Assembly (NCBI GenBank): GCA_038208905.1
Contig: JBBQYG010000031.1
Coordinates: 1-31,286 of the forward strand
DNA: 31,286 nucleotides
Direction: 5' to 3'
Source of the DNA: Candidatus Sumerlaeia bacterium
GTDB lineage: Bacteria > Sumerlaeota > Sumerlaeia > SLMS01
Below are positions 8,541 through 17,089 of this stretch, one piece after another (the stretch's first letter is position 1; the number at the start of each line of letters is the position of its first letter). Under the pieces are notes generated by a model. It was given only the letters and a program-made list of their open reading frames with translations. It was not told the DNA's origin and ran no database searches. Made by a program: the position numbers and the translations under genes.

Positions 8541-10400
8541 ATGCGCGCGTTGCTTCGTGGTGGCCTGCTCGCCGCCTCGCTCGTTATTGCAGCCCAATCC
8601 AACGCCACGTCGATCATTACGGATTGGAATCCGGTGGTCATTGATTGCGTGCTGGCCGATGCTCCTACGCCCACGACTTCGACGCACGTGCTGTCGTGCG
8701 TGTTTACGGCAGCCTACGAGGCGTGGTCGGCGTATGACGCAGTGGCGTGTGGCCCGTTGATCGGCAATTCGCTGGACGGTCTGGGCGGCGCAGCGACGCG
8801 CGCGAACAAGGAGGAGGCCATCAGCCACGCGATCTACACGACGCTGGAGTGGTTCGCACCCACCAAGCTGGCAGATGCGCGGGCGTTCATGGAGCAGCGC
8901 GGCTTCACACCCGGCGCCAACACCGCCCCCGCCCGCTTGGGACGCAACGTGGCCGACCGCATCGCGACGTATCGGATGACCGATTCCTCCAACCAGATGA
9001 AGAAGTACCGCGACATTTCCCAATACGATCCCCAGCCCGCCACCGATCCCGCCGCATGGCAGCCAGTGGTGATCAACGGGGTCGCCCAAAAGCCCCTTAC
9101 GCCCCACTGGGGGAATGTCATCCCCTTCGCCATGCGCTCCGCCTCCCAGTTCCGCCCCGCCCCACCGGCCCCCGTGGATAGCCAGCGCTGGCAGGATCAG
9201 ATCCAGCAGGTCATCGGCATGAGCGCCAATCTCACCAACGAGCAGAAGGCCATCGCCGAATACTGGCGCCCCGAGGTCGGCACTCCGCCGATCCTCTTGG
9301 CGCGCAACACGGAGCTTGTTTCCCAAATGAAGGCCTACGGCCTCGACGAGGACGTGAAGCTCTTCTACGCGATCCACAACGCGATGCTCGACGCGGGGAT
9401 CTCCTGCTGGGACGCGAAGTACCACTACGACTACATCCGCCCGATCACCGCGATTCGCAATCTGGGCGAGCGCCTGATCTCTGCGTGGGGGGGGCCGGGC
9501 CTCGGCACCCAGACGATTCCCGCCAGCAGTTTCCAGCCCTATCAGCCCGCAAGCAATCCCACGCCTCCGTTCCCAGAGTACACTTCGGGCCACAGTACGT
9601 TCAGCGCTGCCTGGGCGGAGATCATGAAGTCCTTCACGGGAAGCGACGAGTATGGTGGCACCGTTACGCTCGGCGCTCTGGATTTCGAGGGCGTGACGCT
9701 GGACACGCCGATCACCCTGACGTGGCCCACGTTCACCGCCGCTGCCGAGGAGGCCGGCATGTCGCGCCTCTATGGCGGCATTCATTTCATGGACGCCAAT
9801 CTGGCGGGCCAGGAAGCGGGCCGAAAGGTTGCCCAAGCCGTCTGGGAAAAGGTGACCGCTTGCTTCGAGGGCACCATCCGCCCCTCGTCCGTTCCCTGCG
9901 AGAACCTGACTGCGGAATACTGGAACCAGGAGACGCTGGAAGTCTTCGACGCCCCGCTTTTCACGACGATCGGTGGCATCGGCTTGGCGGTCGATACGCC
10001 GGGCAATACATTCGGCTACTGGCAGACGGGGGAACTGGACGCGCTGCCGGCGGGCGAATACAAGATGAGCGTGGATCTATTCGCGCTCTCCGGCCCCAAG
10101 GGGACCCGCCTCCCCGAACTGCGCCTGCGCGTCTTCACCGCCGACAACAGCCAGAGCGCGATGGCCGTCGCCGCGCAGACCGACATCAACCAGCCATACA
10201 TTCCCATCGAGGATCTGGAGGCCTTCGTCACCAAGATGGAAATGCCCGGCGAAGGAAAGCCTGGCTCCTCCATCAACGTCTATTGGAAGAGCGATGGCTC
10301 GAAGCCCTTCCGCATTGCGCTGGATCTTCTGGCCTTCGCGCCGGACATCGCGGGGGGCGTGGTCGCCTCCAAGATGAGCTACCGTCGCACCTCGCCCTGA
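8541..10400 (+). CDS. Secreted vanadium-dependent haloperoxidase / PAP2-superfamily protein with an extra C-terminal domain
   Basis: All three PAP2/VHPO active-site motifs are present: AKYHYDYIRP (K-x6-RP), PPFPEYTSGHS and SRLYGGIHF; also PLTPHWGNV. Signal peptide MRALLRGGLLAASLVIAAQSNA from ATG 8541, SD AGAGGA at 8529-8534. Confidence 0.88.
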   Translation: MRALLRGGLLAASLVIAAQSNATSIITDWNPVVIDCVLADAPTPTTSTHVLSCVFTAAYEAWSAYDAVACGPLIGNSLDGLGGAATRANKEEAISHAIYTTLEWFAPTKLADARAFMEQRGFTPGANTAPARLGRNVADRIATYRMTDSSNQMKKYRDISQYDPQPATDPAAWQPVVINGVAQKPLTPHWGNVIPFAMRSASQFRPAPPAPVDSQRWQDQIQQVIGMSANLTNEQKAIAEYWRPEVGTPPILLARNTELVSQMKAYGLDEDVKLFYAIHNAMLDAGISCWDAKYHYDYIRPITAIRNLGERLISAWGGPGLGTQTIPASSFQPYQPASNPTPPFPEYTSGHSTFSAAWAEIMKSFTGSDEYGGTVTLGALDFEGVTLDTPITLTWPTFTAAAEEAGMSRLYGGIHFMDANLAGQEAGRKVAQAVWEKVTACFEGTIRPSSVPCENLTAEYWNQETLEVFDAPLFTTIGGIGLAVDTPGNTFGYWQTGELDALPAGEYKMSVDLFALSGPKGTRLPELRLRVFTADNSQSAMAVAAQTDINQPYIPIEDLEAFVTKMEMPGEGKPGSSINVYWKSDGSKPFRIALDLLAFAPDIAGGVVASKMSYRRTSP

Positions 10401-10426
10401 TTCAGGGGGCGACCGGCATCGACTAT

Positions 10427-10472
10427 CGGCGGGGGGGCGGGGAAGGGATCCCCCGCCCCCGCCGCCATTTTT
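10427..10472 (+). terminator. Intrinsic terminator after the haloperoxidase gene
   Basis: GC-rich hairpin cggcggggggg-cgggg / ccccc-gcccccgccg followed by cattttt. Confidence 0.7.
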
Positions 10473-10485
10473 GGTCGAGAAGCCC

Positions 10486-10514
10486 TTGCCTCGCCGCGAC
10501 GCTCCAGCCATGTT
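10486..10514 (+). promoter_or_regulatory. Candidate sigma70-type promoter for the FAH-like/kinase pair
   Basis: TTGCCT (10486-10491), 17-nt spacer, CATGTT (10509-10514), 30 nt before the ATG at 10545, which has SD AAGGAG. Confidence 0.3.
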
Positions 10515-10544
10515 GACCCACTGGCAATTGCTCAAGGAGCGTCC

Positions 10545-11549
10545 ATGAAGTTTATCACTTTCCAGCGCAGGCGCGGGTCGGACCGCGGCGGGCTACTGGT
10601 CGATGGGAATCGCGCGCTCGATTTGGGGCTCGGCTATTCCCGTATCTCCAGTGGCGGTGGGTCCCCCGACGATACCGCGGGCCTGATCAACACGCTCCGC
10701 GGGCTCAGTTCATCCATCCTCGAAATCCTGAACACGGGCGACGACGCGCTGGAGGACTGCTTCAGGCTCAACAAAATGGCCCTCGATGGAAACTTGGAGG
10801 ATTGCCTGTTCTCCCTCGGCGACACGACGCTGATGGCGCCGATTCCAGAGCCGCCACAGGTGATCCACTTCAATGCTTTCGAGGAGCACGCGCGCGCGGA
10901 ACTTGCCGCCATTTCCGGCGATCCCAACGCCGCGCTTCCCCCCGCATGGCACGCGGCCCCTGTCTTCCATCCCGGCAATCGCCTTGGCGTAACAGCGTCC
11001 GGCGCCGACGTGGTCTTCCCTGAGTCCGCGACCGAGATCGACTTCGAGATACAGATCGCCGCGGTCCTCGGCGAATCGATCCGCAGCGGCACCACCGAGG
11101 ATGCCGACGATGCGATCCTCGGATATTCGCTGGCGATCGCGTGGGTCTCGCGGACGCTTCAGACACAGCTCCGCGACCTTGGCACCGGCGCTTCCGCATC
11201 GCGCTTTCTTGGTGTGACCCTTGGGCCCTGTATCGTCACGAAGGACTCATTCCCGCGGCCCGCCGAGATCGAAGTCTTCGGCGCGCACAACGGAGAGCGG
11301 CTTCCATCCGCAAGGATGGAGGACGCCCACTTCAGCTTTCCCGAGATGATCTCCTACGCATCGGAGTTCTCGCTGCTCCCAGCGGGAACAATCCTGTTGG
11401 CGGGGTGCTATCCGGGCGGATCGGGCCTCTCCACAGGGAGGAAGCTGAAGACCGGCGATACCGTCATGGCGGAGATCGACGGCCTTGGCCAGCTCAACGC
11501 CAAGATCCACGACCGCCGCCGTTCATCCGTCTTTCGCCCGCGCCGCTAG
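10545..11549 (+). CDS. Fumarylacetoacetate hydrolase (FAH) family protein with degenerate catalytic motifs
   Basis: MKFITF N-terminus, LMAPIPEP, FNAFEEHA, W..APVF..GN, IDFEIQIAAVLG, ILGYSL, TLGPCIVT, HFSFPEMISYAS, LKTGDTV.AEIDGLGQL. SD AAGGAG. Confidence 0.85.
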   Translation: MKFITFQRRRGSDRGGLLVDGNRALDLGLGYSRISSGGGSPDDTAGLINTLRGLSSSILEILNTGDDALEDCFRLNKMALDGNLEDCLFSLGDTTLMAPIPEPPQVIHFNAFEEHARAELAAISGDPNAALPPAWHAAPVFHPGNRLGVTASGADVVFPESATEIDFEIQIAAVLGESIRSGTTEDADDAILGYSLAIAWVSRTLQTQLRDLGTGASASRFLGVTLGPCIVTKDSFPRPAEIEVFGAHNGERLPSARMEDAHFSFPEMISYASEFSLLPAGTILLAGCYPGGSGLSTGRKLKTGDTVMAEIDGLGQLNAKIHDRRRSSVFRPRR

Positions 11550-11560
11550 GGATTCCCACC

Positions 11561-14500
11561 TTGGGACCTACCGATCCGGCTCCCGATGCGCACGGCCTCT
11601 TCGGCGACGAAGTGTGCTGGCGCGTGACATCGCCGGGATCGGTGGCCGATGCACGCGGCGCGTTCCACCTGCTCGGCTGCCCCGCCGCGCGCGAGCTGGA
11701 GGGGACGCCACACGGCGAACTCGCCGAGCGACTTGGCATACCCGTCGATCCCGCATCGCTCGCCGCGTCAGAGGCTGTTTCCACGCACACGATCGCGGGC
11801 GCGACGCAGCGCTGGCTCTGGCGCGCCGTCGCGTCGGACGACGGCTACCTTGTCGCGGGCCGCGACGTAACGGAGGTGTCGCACCTCCGACGCGAACTCG
11901 CGCGCAGCGAGGACATTTTCCGCCAGATGGGGAACGCCATCGAGCAGGTGTTCTGGATATTCGATCCGCGTGTTCGGCGCATGACCTACCTCAGCCCCGC
12001 CTTCGCCAAGATATGGGGAATGAAGACCGAGGATGTCTATACAGACATCGGGGCGATGTGGCGCGCCGTCGCCACCAGCCACCGGGATACCGTGACGCGC
12101 GCCTTTCAGGATGGATTCCGGGGCGGCACCACCATCGAGTACCAGATCGTCCGAAGCGATGGCGCGCTCCGCTGGATCCGCGACAGCGTGATCCGCAGCG
12201 TCGATCCCGCCAGCGGCGAGTGTACCCGTGTCTCCGGCGCCTCCGAGGACGTCACGCCCCAGAAGCGGGCAGAGGAGCAGCTTCGCCAGAGCGAGGAGCG
12301 CCTCAAGTTCGCCCTCGAGAGCACCGAGGAGGGCCTCTTCGACTGGGATCTGGATTCGGGACGCCTCTTCGTTTCGAACCGCTGGCTCGAAATGCTCGGT
12401 CTCACGCGCGCGGACTTTTCCCCCACCATCGACTGGTGGTATTCCCGGGTCCACCCGGAGGATGTCCCCCGGGCTCAGGAACAGATCCGCCAGCATATGG
12501 AGAACCGCACACTGCTGTTCAAGCTGGAGCACCGCTTCCGCAACAAGGCGGGGGAGTGGCAGTGGATTTTGGGACGCGGCAAGGTGGTCGCGCGCGACCC
12601 CGGCGGAAAGCCGCTCCGCATGGTGGGAACCAATCTCGACATCACCGACCGCATCCGCGCCCAGGAAGCCCTGCGGCTCAGCGAGGAACGATTCCAGCTC
12701 GCGCTCGATGCCACCGAGGACGCTCTGTGGGACTGGAACTTGGGGACCGACGAGTTCTACTTCAGCCCGCGCTTTTCGCGAATGCTGGAAAGTGCTGCGG
12801 ACCCGCCGCGGACATTCGAGGAATGGAAGCTGCTTGTTCACCCGGAGGACATGGACGAGATGCTCTCCGACCTCGACGAGCATCTGAGCGGGCGGAAGCC
12901 CTTCTTCGAGAAGCAGTCCCGCATGATGACCGGCGCGGGGGACTGGAAATGGATCCTGACGCGCGGGCGCGTAGTGGAAAGCAAGGTCGACAGCAGCCCC
13001 GTCCGCGTGGTGGGAACTTGCAAGGACATCACCGATTCCCGCCAGGCGGAGGAGAACCTGCGCGTGGCGAAGGACGCGGCGGAGAAGGCGGCACGTGCGA
13101 AGTCCGAGTTCCTTGCCATGATGAGCCACGAAATCCGCACGCCCCTCAACGGCATCATCGGCATGATCGGAATCCTGGAGGGCACCGAACTCACTCCGGA
13201 GCAACGCGAGTACGCCGGTATCGTCCACCGCTCGGGAGATGCGCTCATCTCCATCGTCAACGACATCTTGGACTTCTCCAAGATCGAAGCGGACCGCATG
13301 GAACTGGAGAGCATCGGCACCAGCATCAGGCTGCTCCTCGATCAGATCGGAGAGATCCTCTCGCCCCGCGCGGCGGAGAAGAACCTCGAGCTCGTCACCG
13401 TTCTCCACCCCGAGGTTCCTGGCCGGATACGCGCCGATCCCGGGCGACTCCGCCAAGTTCTGCTCAACCTGGTCTCCAACGCGATCAAGTTCACCGACCA
13501 CGGCGAGGTCGTCGTCGATGTCAGAATGTGCGGCACGCTGCACGATCAGGCGCGCGTGCGATTCAGCGTCACCGATACTGGCATAGGCATTCCCGCCGAC
13601 CGTCGCGTCAGGCTGTTCCTCCCCTTTTCCCAGGTGGACGCCTCCACCACGCGGCGCTTCGGCGGAACAGGGCTCGGCCTCGCGATTTGCAAGCGCCTCA
13701 TCGAAATGATGGGTGGGTCCATCGAGGTGGAAAGCGAGGAGGGAGTCGGGTCCACATTCTGGTTCGAACTCCCCGTTCTGGTCATGCCCGACCCCAACGA
13801 ATCGGATACGGCCCACCGTCGGCTCAGCCTGCGCGCGCGGAGGGTGCTCGTGGCGGATCCGAGTCGCTCTGCGGTGGGCGCCGCCGCGATCAACCTGCGC
13901 ATGTGGGGATGCCGCTTCGACTCGGCGACCACGGAGGAGGAAGTCAGCCGACGCCTTGGCCTGGACGCGACGCCCGGCGTTCCCACCCCATACCATGTTC
14001 TTCTGCTGGACGACCGTATCGGATCCGAGGAACTGCTGCGCCAGATTCGCGCGCGCCGGGACTGCGATGCGCTATCCGTCGGCGTCATGATGCGCGCCGG
14101 GCGGCCAAAGGAGAGCAACCTTCTCGACGATGGCATCATCCAGGCAATTCTCCCCAAGCCACTCAAGACTGACGCACTTTACGAGTTCCTTTCCCGGCCG
14201 GCCCAGCAGTCTCGTTCCCGCCTCCGTTCGCGCTCGCCCGGCGATCTCGGTGGGACCACGCCGGTGCCGCTTCGCCCCATCCACATCCTGGTTGTGGAGG
14301 ACAACGCCGTGAACCAGAAGGTCGCCAGGCTCCTCCTCGAGGGTGCTGGCCATTCCGTCTCGGGCGCGGAGAATGGCGTGGAGGCGCTTAACGCCCTGAG
14401 GAGCGATCGTTACGACATGATCCTGATGGATTGCATGATGCCGGAGATGGATGGCTACGAGGCGACGCGGCGCATCCGTCGCGGTGACACCCCCGACCCG

Positions 14501-15019
14501 GAGATCCCGATCATCGCGATGACGGCCTCCGCCATGGAGGGCGACCGGGAGCGGTGCATGGCTGCCGGAATGAACGACTATATCGCCAAGCCCATCGATT
14601 CGCGCAGCCTTCTGGCCCTGGTCGACCGCTATCGTCCCGAGCCGCACCAGCACCCCGTCACGCCGACGCCAAACCGCCCGGCCATCGACTTGACGGTGAT
14701 GCGGCGCACGTCCGGCGAGGACGAGGCGTTCCTCACCCAGTTGCTCGCCACCATTGCGGAGGATTTGTTGCCTCGCCTGATCTCGCTTAAGTCGGCTATC
14801 GCCGCGCGCGAACTGCATCGCGTTGGCCGTCAGGCCCACACTCTCAAGGGTCACGTCTTGTACCTTGGCGCACAGGCCGTTGCCAACCGGCTTCGCCAGA
14901 TGCAGGCAAACGCCGAGGAGGGATCTCTCTCCGCCTGCGCGGCGGCTATGCCGCTGATCGAGGCGGATGTGCGGGACCTCGCCGGGGAACTCGACCGGCT
15001 GCTTGCCGCGCGCCGCTAA
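11561..15019 (+). CDS. Cytoplasmic multi-PAS hybrid sensor histidine kinase (PAS x3, HisKA, HATPase, degenerate REC, REC, Hpt)
   Basis: Three PAS/PAC repeats (e.g. WYSRVHPED, LLVHPED). H-box MSHEIRTPLNG, N-box NLVSNAIKFT, DTGIGI, GGTGLGLAI, REC ILVVEDN...ILMDCMMPEMDG, Hpt QAHTLKG. No transmembrane segment. Start reassigned to TTG 11561 (SD AGGGA 11548-11552) so it no longer overlaps the upstream gene. Confidence 0.92.
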   Translation: MGPTDPAPDAHGLFGDEVCWRVTSPGSVADARGAFHLLGCPAARELEGTPHGELAERLGIPVDPASLAASEAVSTHTIAGATQRWLWRAVASDDGYLVAGRDVTEVSHLRRELARSEDIFRQMGNAIEQVFWIFDPRVRRMTYLSPAFAKIWGMKTEDVYTDIGAMWRAVATSHRDTVTRAFQDGFRGGTTIEYQIVRSDGALRWIRDSVIRSVDPASGECTRVSGASEDVTPQKRAEEQLRQSEERLKFALESTEEGLFDWDLDSGRLFVSNRWLEMLGLTRADFSPTIDWWYSRVHPEDVPRAQEQIRQHMENRTLLFKLEHRFRNKAGEWQWILGRGKVVARDPGGKPLRMVGTNLDITDRIRAQEALRLSEERFQLALDATEDALWDWNLGTDEFYFSPRFSRMLESAADPPRTFEEWKLLVHPEDMDEMLSDLDEHLSGRKPFFEKQSRMMTGAGDWKWILTRGRVVESKVDSSPVRVVGTCKDITDSRQAEENLRVAKDAAEKAARAKSEFLAMMSHEIRTPLNGIIGMIGILEGTELTPEQREYAGIVHRSGDALISIVNDILDFSKIEADRMELESIGTSIRLLLDQIGEILSPRAAEKNLELVTVLHPEVPGRIRADPGRLRQVLLNLVSNAIKFTDHGEVVVDVRMCGTLHDQARVRFSVTDTGIGIPADRRVRLFLPFSQVDASTTRRFGGTGLGLAICKRLIEMMGGSIEVESEEGVGSTFWFELPVLVMPDPNESDTAHRRLSLRARRVLVADPSRSAVGAAAINLRMWGCRFDSATTEEEVSRRLGLDATPGVPTPYHVLLLDDRIGSEELLRQIRARRDCDALSVGVMMRAGRPKESNLLDDGIIQAILPKPLKTDALYEFLSRPAQQSRSRLRSRSPGDLGGTTPVPLRPIHILVVEDNAVNQKVARLLLEGAGHSVSGAENGVEALNALRSDRYDMILMDCMMPEMDGYEATRRIRRGDTPDPEIPIIAMTASAMEGDRERCMAAGMNDYIAKPIDSRSLLALVDRYRPEPHQHPVTPTPNRPAIDLTVMRRTSGEDEAFLTQLLATIAEDLLPRLISLKSAIAARELHRVGRQAHTLKGHVLYLGAQAVANRLRQMQANAEEGSLSACAAAMPLIEADVRDLAGELDRLLAARR

Positions 15020-15907
15020 TCAGCTGTCCTTCATGTGCGGATCGAGCAGATCGCGTAGACCATCGCCGAGGAAGTTGAATCCAAGAACCGTGACGAGAAT
15101 AGCAAGCCCCGGGAATAGTGGAATCCACGGGTAGAACAGGATGTACTCCCGCCCATCGGACAGCATGTTTCCCCACGTCGGCTCTGGCGGCTTCGCGCCC
15201 AGGCCGAGGTAGCTCAGGCCCGACTCCGCCAAGATCGCCGTGGAGATGCGCAGCGTGCCGAACACCAGCAGTGTTCCGCCCAGATTGGGGAGGATATGGC
15301 GGAGCATGATCCGCCGCTTTCCAGCGCCCAGCGCCCGCGCGGCATCGACGAACTGCTCCTCCTTGATGGAGAGCACACAGCCGCGCACGAGGCGCGTGTA
15401 GGAGGGGAAGCTGGCGATCCCAAGCGCCAGCACCACGGGCAGGGTTGAGAAAGTGGGGATCCCGAGGCGCTCCAGTTCATTCAGCATTCCCTCGCCGAGC
15501 GTCGCCGACACCGCGATCGCCAGCAGAAGGAATGGGAACGCCAGCATGATGTCGGTGAAGCGGGAGATCGACCGGTCCCACCAACCGCCAAGGTAGCCCG
15601 CCAGCAGCCCCAGCAACGTGCCCAGCACCATGCCCATCGCCGTGACCAGGAATCCAACCAACAGCGAAATCTGGGATCCGTAGAGGATTCGGGTGAGCAT
15701 ATCTCGCCCTAGGTGATCCGTGCCAAATGGATGATCGAGGGAGGGTGGCTGGAGAGCCACCATCAGGTTCTGGCTCTTCACTGCGTCCCACGGTGCCGTG
15801 AGGGGAGCCGTCAGCGCGATGATGGCCAGAAACACCACAATCAGCAGGCCGATCATGGCAGTCGTATTGCGGCGGAATCGCCGCCAAAATTCGCGTAGCT
15901 CCTCCAT
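15020..15907 (-). CDS. dppC: Dipeptide/oligopeptide/nickel ABC transporter permease (DppC/OppC)
   Basis: HPFGTDHLGRD, EAA-loop FVDAARALGA..RIMLRHILPN, ESGLSYLGLG..PPEPTWG, NFLGDGLRDLLDP. Confidence 0.9.
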   Translation of the reverse strand: MEELREFWRRFRRNTTAMIGLLIVVFLAIIALTAPLTAPWDAVKSQNLMVALQPPSLDHPFGTDHLGRDMLTRILYGSQISLLVGFLVTAMGMVLGTLLGLLAGYLGGWWDRSISRFTDIMLAFPFLLLAIAVSATLGEGMLNELERLGIPTFSTLPVVLALGIASFPSYTRLVRGCVLSIKEEQFVDAARALGAGKRRIMLRHILPNLGGTLLVFGTLRISTAILAESGLSYLGLGAKPPEPTWGNMLSDGREYILFYPWIPLFPGLAILVTVLGFNFLGDGLRDLLDPHMKDS

Positions 15908-15910
15908 GCC

Positions 15911-17086
15911 CTATGCACCTCCCCCATCCAGGCGGATGCGCGGATCGAGAAGGACGTACAGCATGTCGACCGCCATGTTCACCAGAACGAAGATCGTCGC
16001 CAGAACAAGGACGCATCCCATCGTGACGGGGAAGTTGCGTTCTCCGATCGAGTCCACCATCAGTTTCCCAATTCCCGGCCAGGCAAACACCGTCTCCACG
16101 ATCACGGCGCCGCCCAGTAGCGCGCCGAGCGAGATGCCCGCCACGGTGATGAACGGAATCATCGCGTTCTTCAGCGCGTGCTTCAGAATCACGCGCTTGC
16201 CGTCCAGGCCCTTTGCCCGCGCCGTGCGGATATAGTCCAGATTCAGCACTTGCAGCATCGACGACCGCAGGATGCGGCACAGGAATGCACCCGTCCCGAC
16301 GCCGAGAGTGATCGCCGGAAGGACAAGGCTCATGATTCCATCCCTTCCCGCCGGGGGAAACCATGGGAGCTTGCGCGAGAAGAGGATGATCAACTCCAGG
16401 CCAAGCCAGAAGCTGGGCATCGCGAGAAACACGAACACGAAGAGGCGCGAGGCGGAATCGATCAGGCTCCGCGGATACACGGCGGAGAGAACTCCCACGA
16501 TTAACCCCGTGATTACCGCAAACACCATCGACGCCACTGCCAACTCGATGGTCGCCGGCATCCGGTCGCGGATCTCGTCCCACACCGGGCGCTTCGACGT
16601 AAGCGAGGTCCCAAGGTCACCCCTCAGCACGCCGCCAAGCCACTGCAAGTAGTGCAGGATCACGTTCTGCTTTACCAACTCCCTGTTGGCCGAAACGGTG
16701 TGGGGGCCAGCTTCCAGATCAGTCTTGGCGAGCAGGAAGTAGAGCCCCGTGCCGTCTCGCTGGGCCAATCCCCCAACGGGATGTATCGCCGCGCCGATGT
16801 GGAGGGTCACCTTGGTTCCCGAGGTGATCGAATCCGAATGGCCCGTCGTGCGTAGGAGGCCACCAGCGCCGTCGCGCTCCAGCGTCGCGCTCGACCCCTC
16901 GCCGCGCACGTACTTCTTGAACCCAAGCTCCACGCTCTTGGCGTCGATGCCCTCTTGCGTGGCTTCGGGTCCGAGCATCATCTTGACCGGGTCCCCCGGC
17001 GTGAATCTCAGCATCAGGAAGGTGATCAGCGACACCCCGAGCAGGGTGGGGATCAACTCCATCAGGCGGCGAAGGATTGCAGTCAT
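15911..17086 (-). CDS. dppB: Dipeptide/oligopeptide/nickel ABC transporter permease (DppB/OppB) with an ~80-aa loop insertion
   Basis: PGDPV..MLG, GDLGTS, DYIRTARAKGL, HALKNA.IP, ETVFAWPGIG, LDPRIR. Confidence 0.9.
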   Translation of the reverse strand: MTAILRRLMELIPTLLGVSLITFLMLRFTPGDPVKMMLGPEATQEGIDAKSVELGFKKYVRGEGSSATLERDGAGGLLRTTGHSDSITSGTKVTLHIGAAIHPVGGLAQRDGTGLYFLLAKTDLEAGPHTVSANRELVKQNVILHYLQWLGGVLRGDLGTSLTSKRPVWDEIRDRMPATIELAVASMVFAVITGLIVGVLSAVYPRSLIDSASRLFVFVFLAMPSFWLGLELIILFSRKLPWFPPAGRDGIMSLVLPAITLGVGTGAFLCRILRSSMLQVLNLDYIRTARAKGLDGKRVILKHALKNAMIPFITVAGISLGALLGGAVIVETVFAWPGIGKLMVDSIGERNFPVTMGCVLVLATIFVLVNMAVDMLYVLLDPRIRLDGGGA

Positions 17087-17089
17087 TGG

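Noticed and set aside
11141..11560. N-terminal 140 aa of the kinase ORF as given in the ORF track
   Set aside because: Overlaps the FAH gene in another frame and looks non-protein-like. TTG 11561 with an SD is a better start.
11485..14172. 895-aa alternative-frame ORF overlapping the kinase, plus other long shadow ORFs (677-1879, 3156-4640, 11768-13996, 21687-23585, 25545-26810)
   Set aside because: Low-complexity Arg/Pro/Gly-rich or antisense mirror translations expected in high-GC DNA. Each overlaps a clearly recognisable gene and has no motifs of its own.
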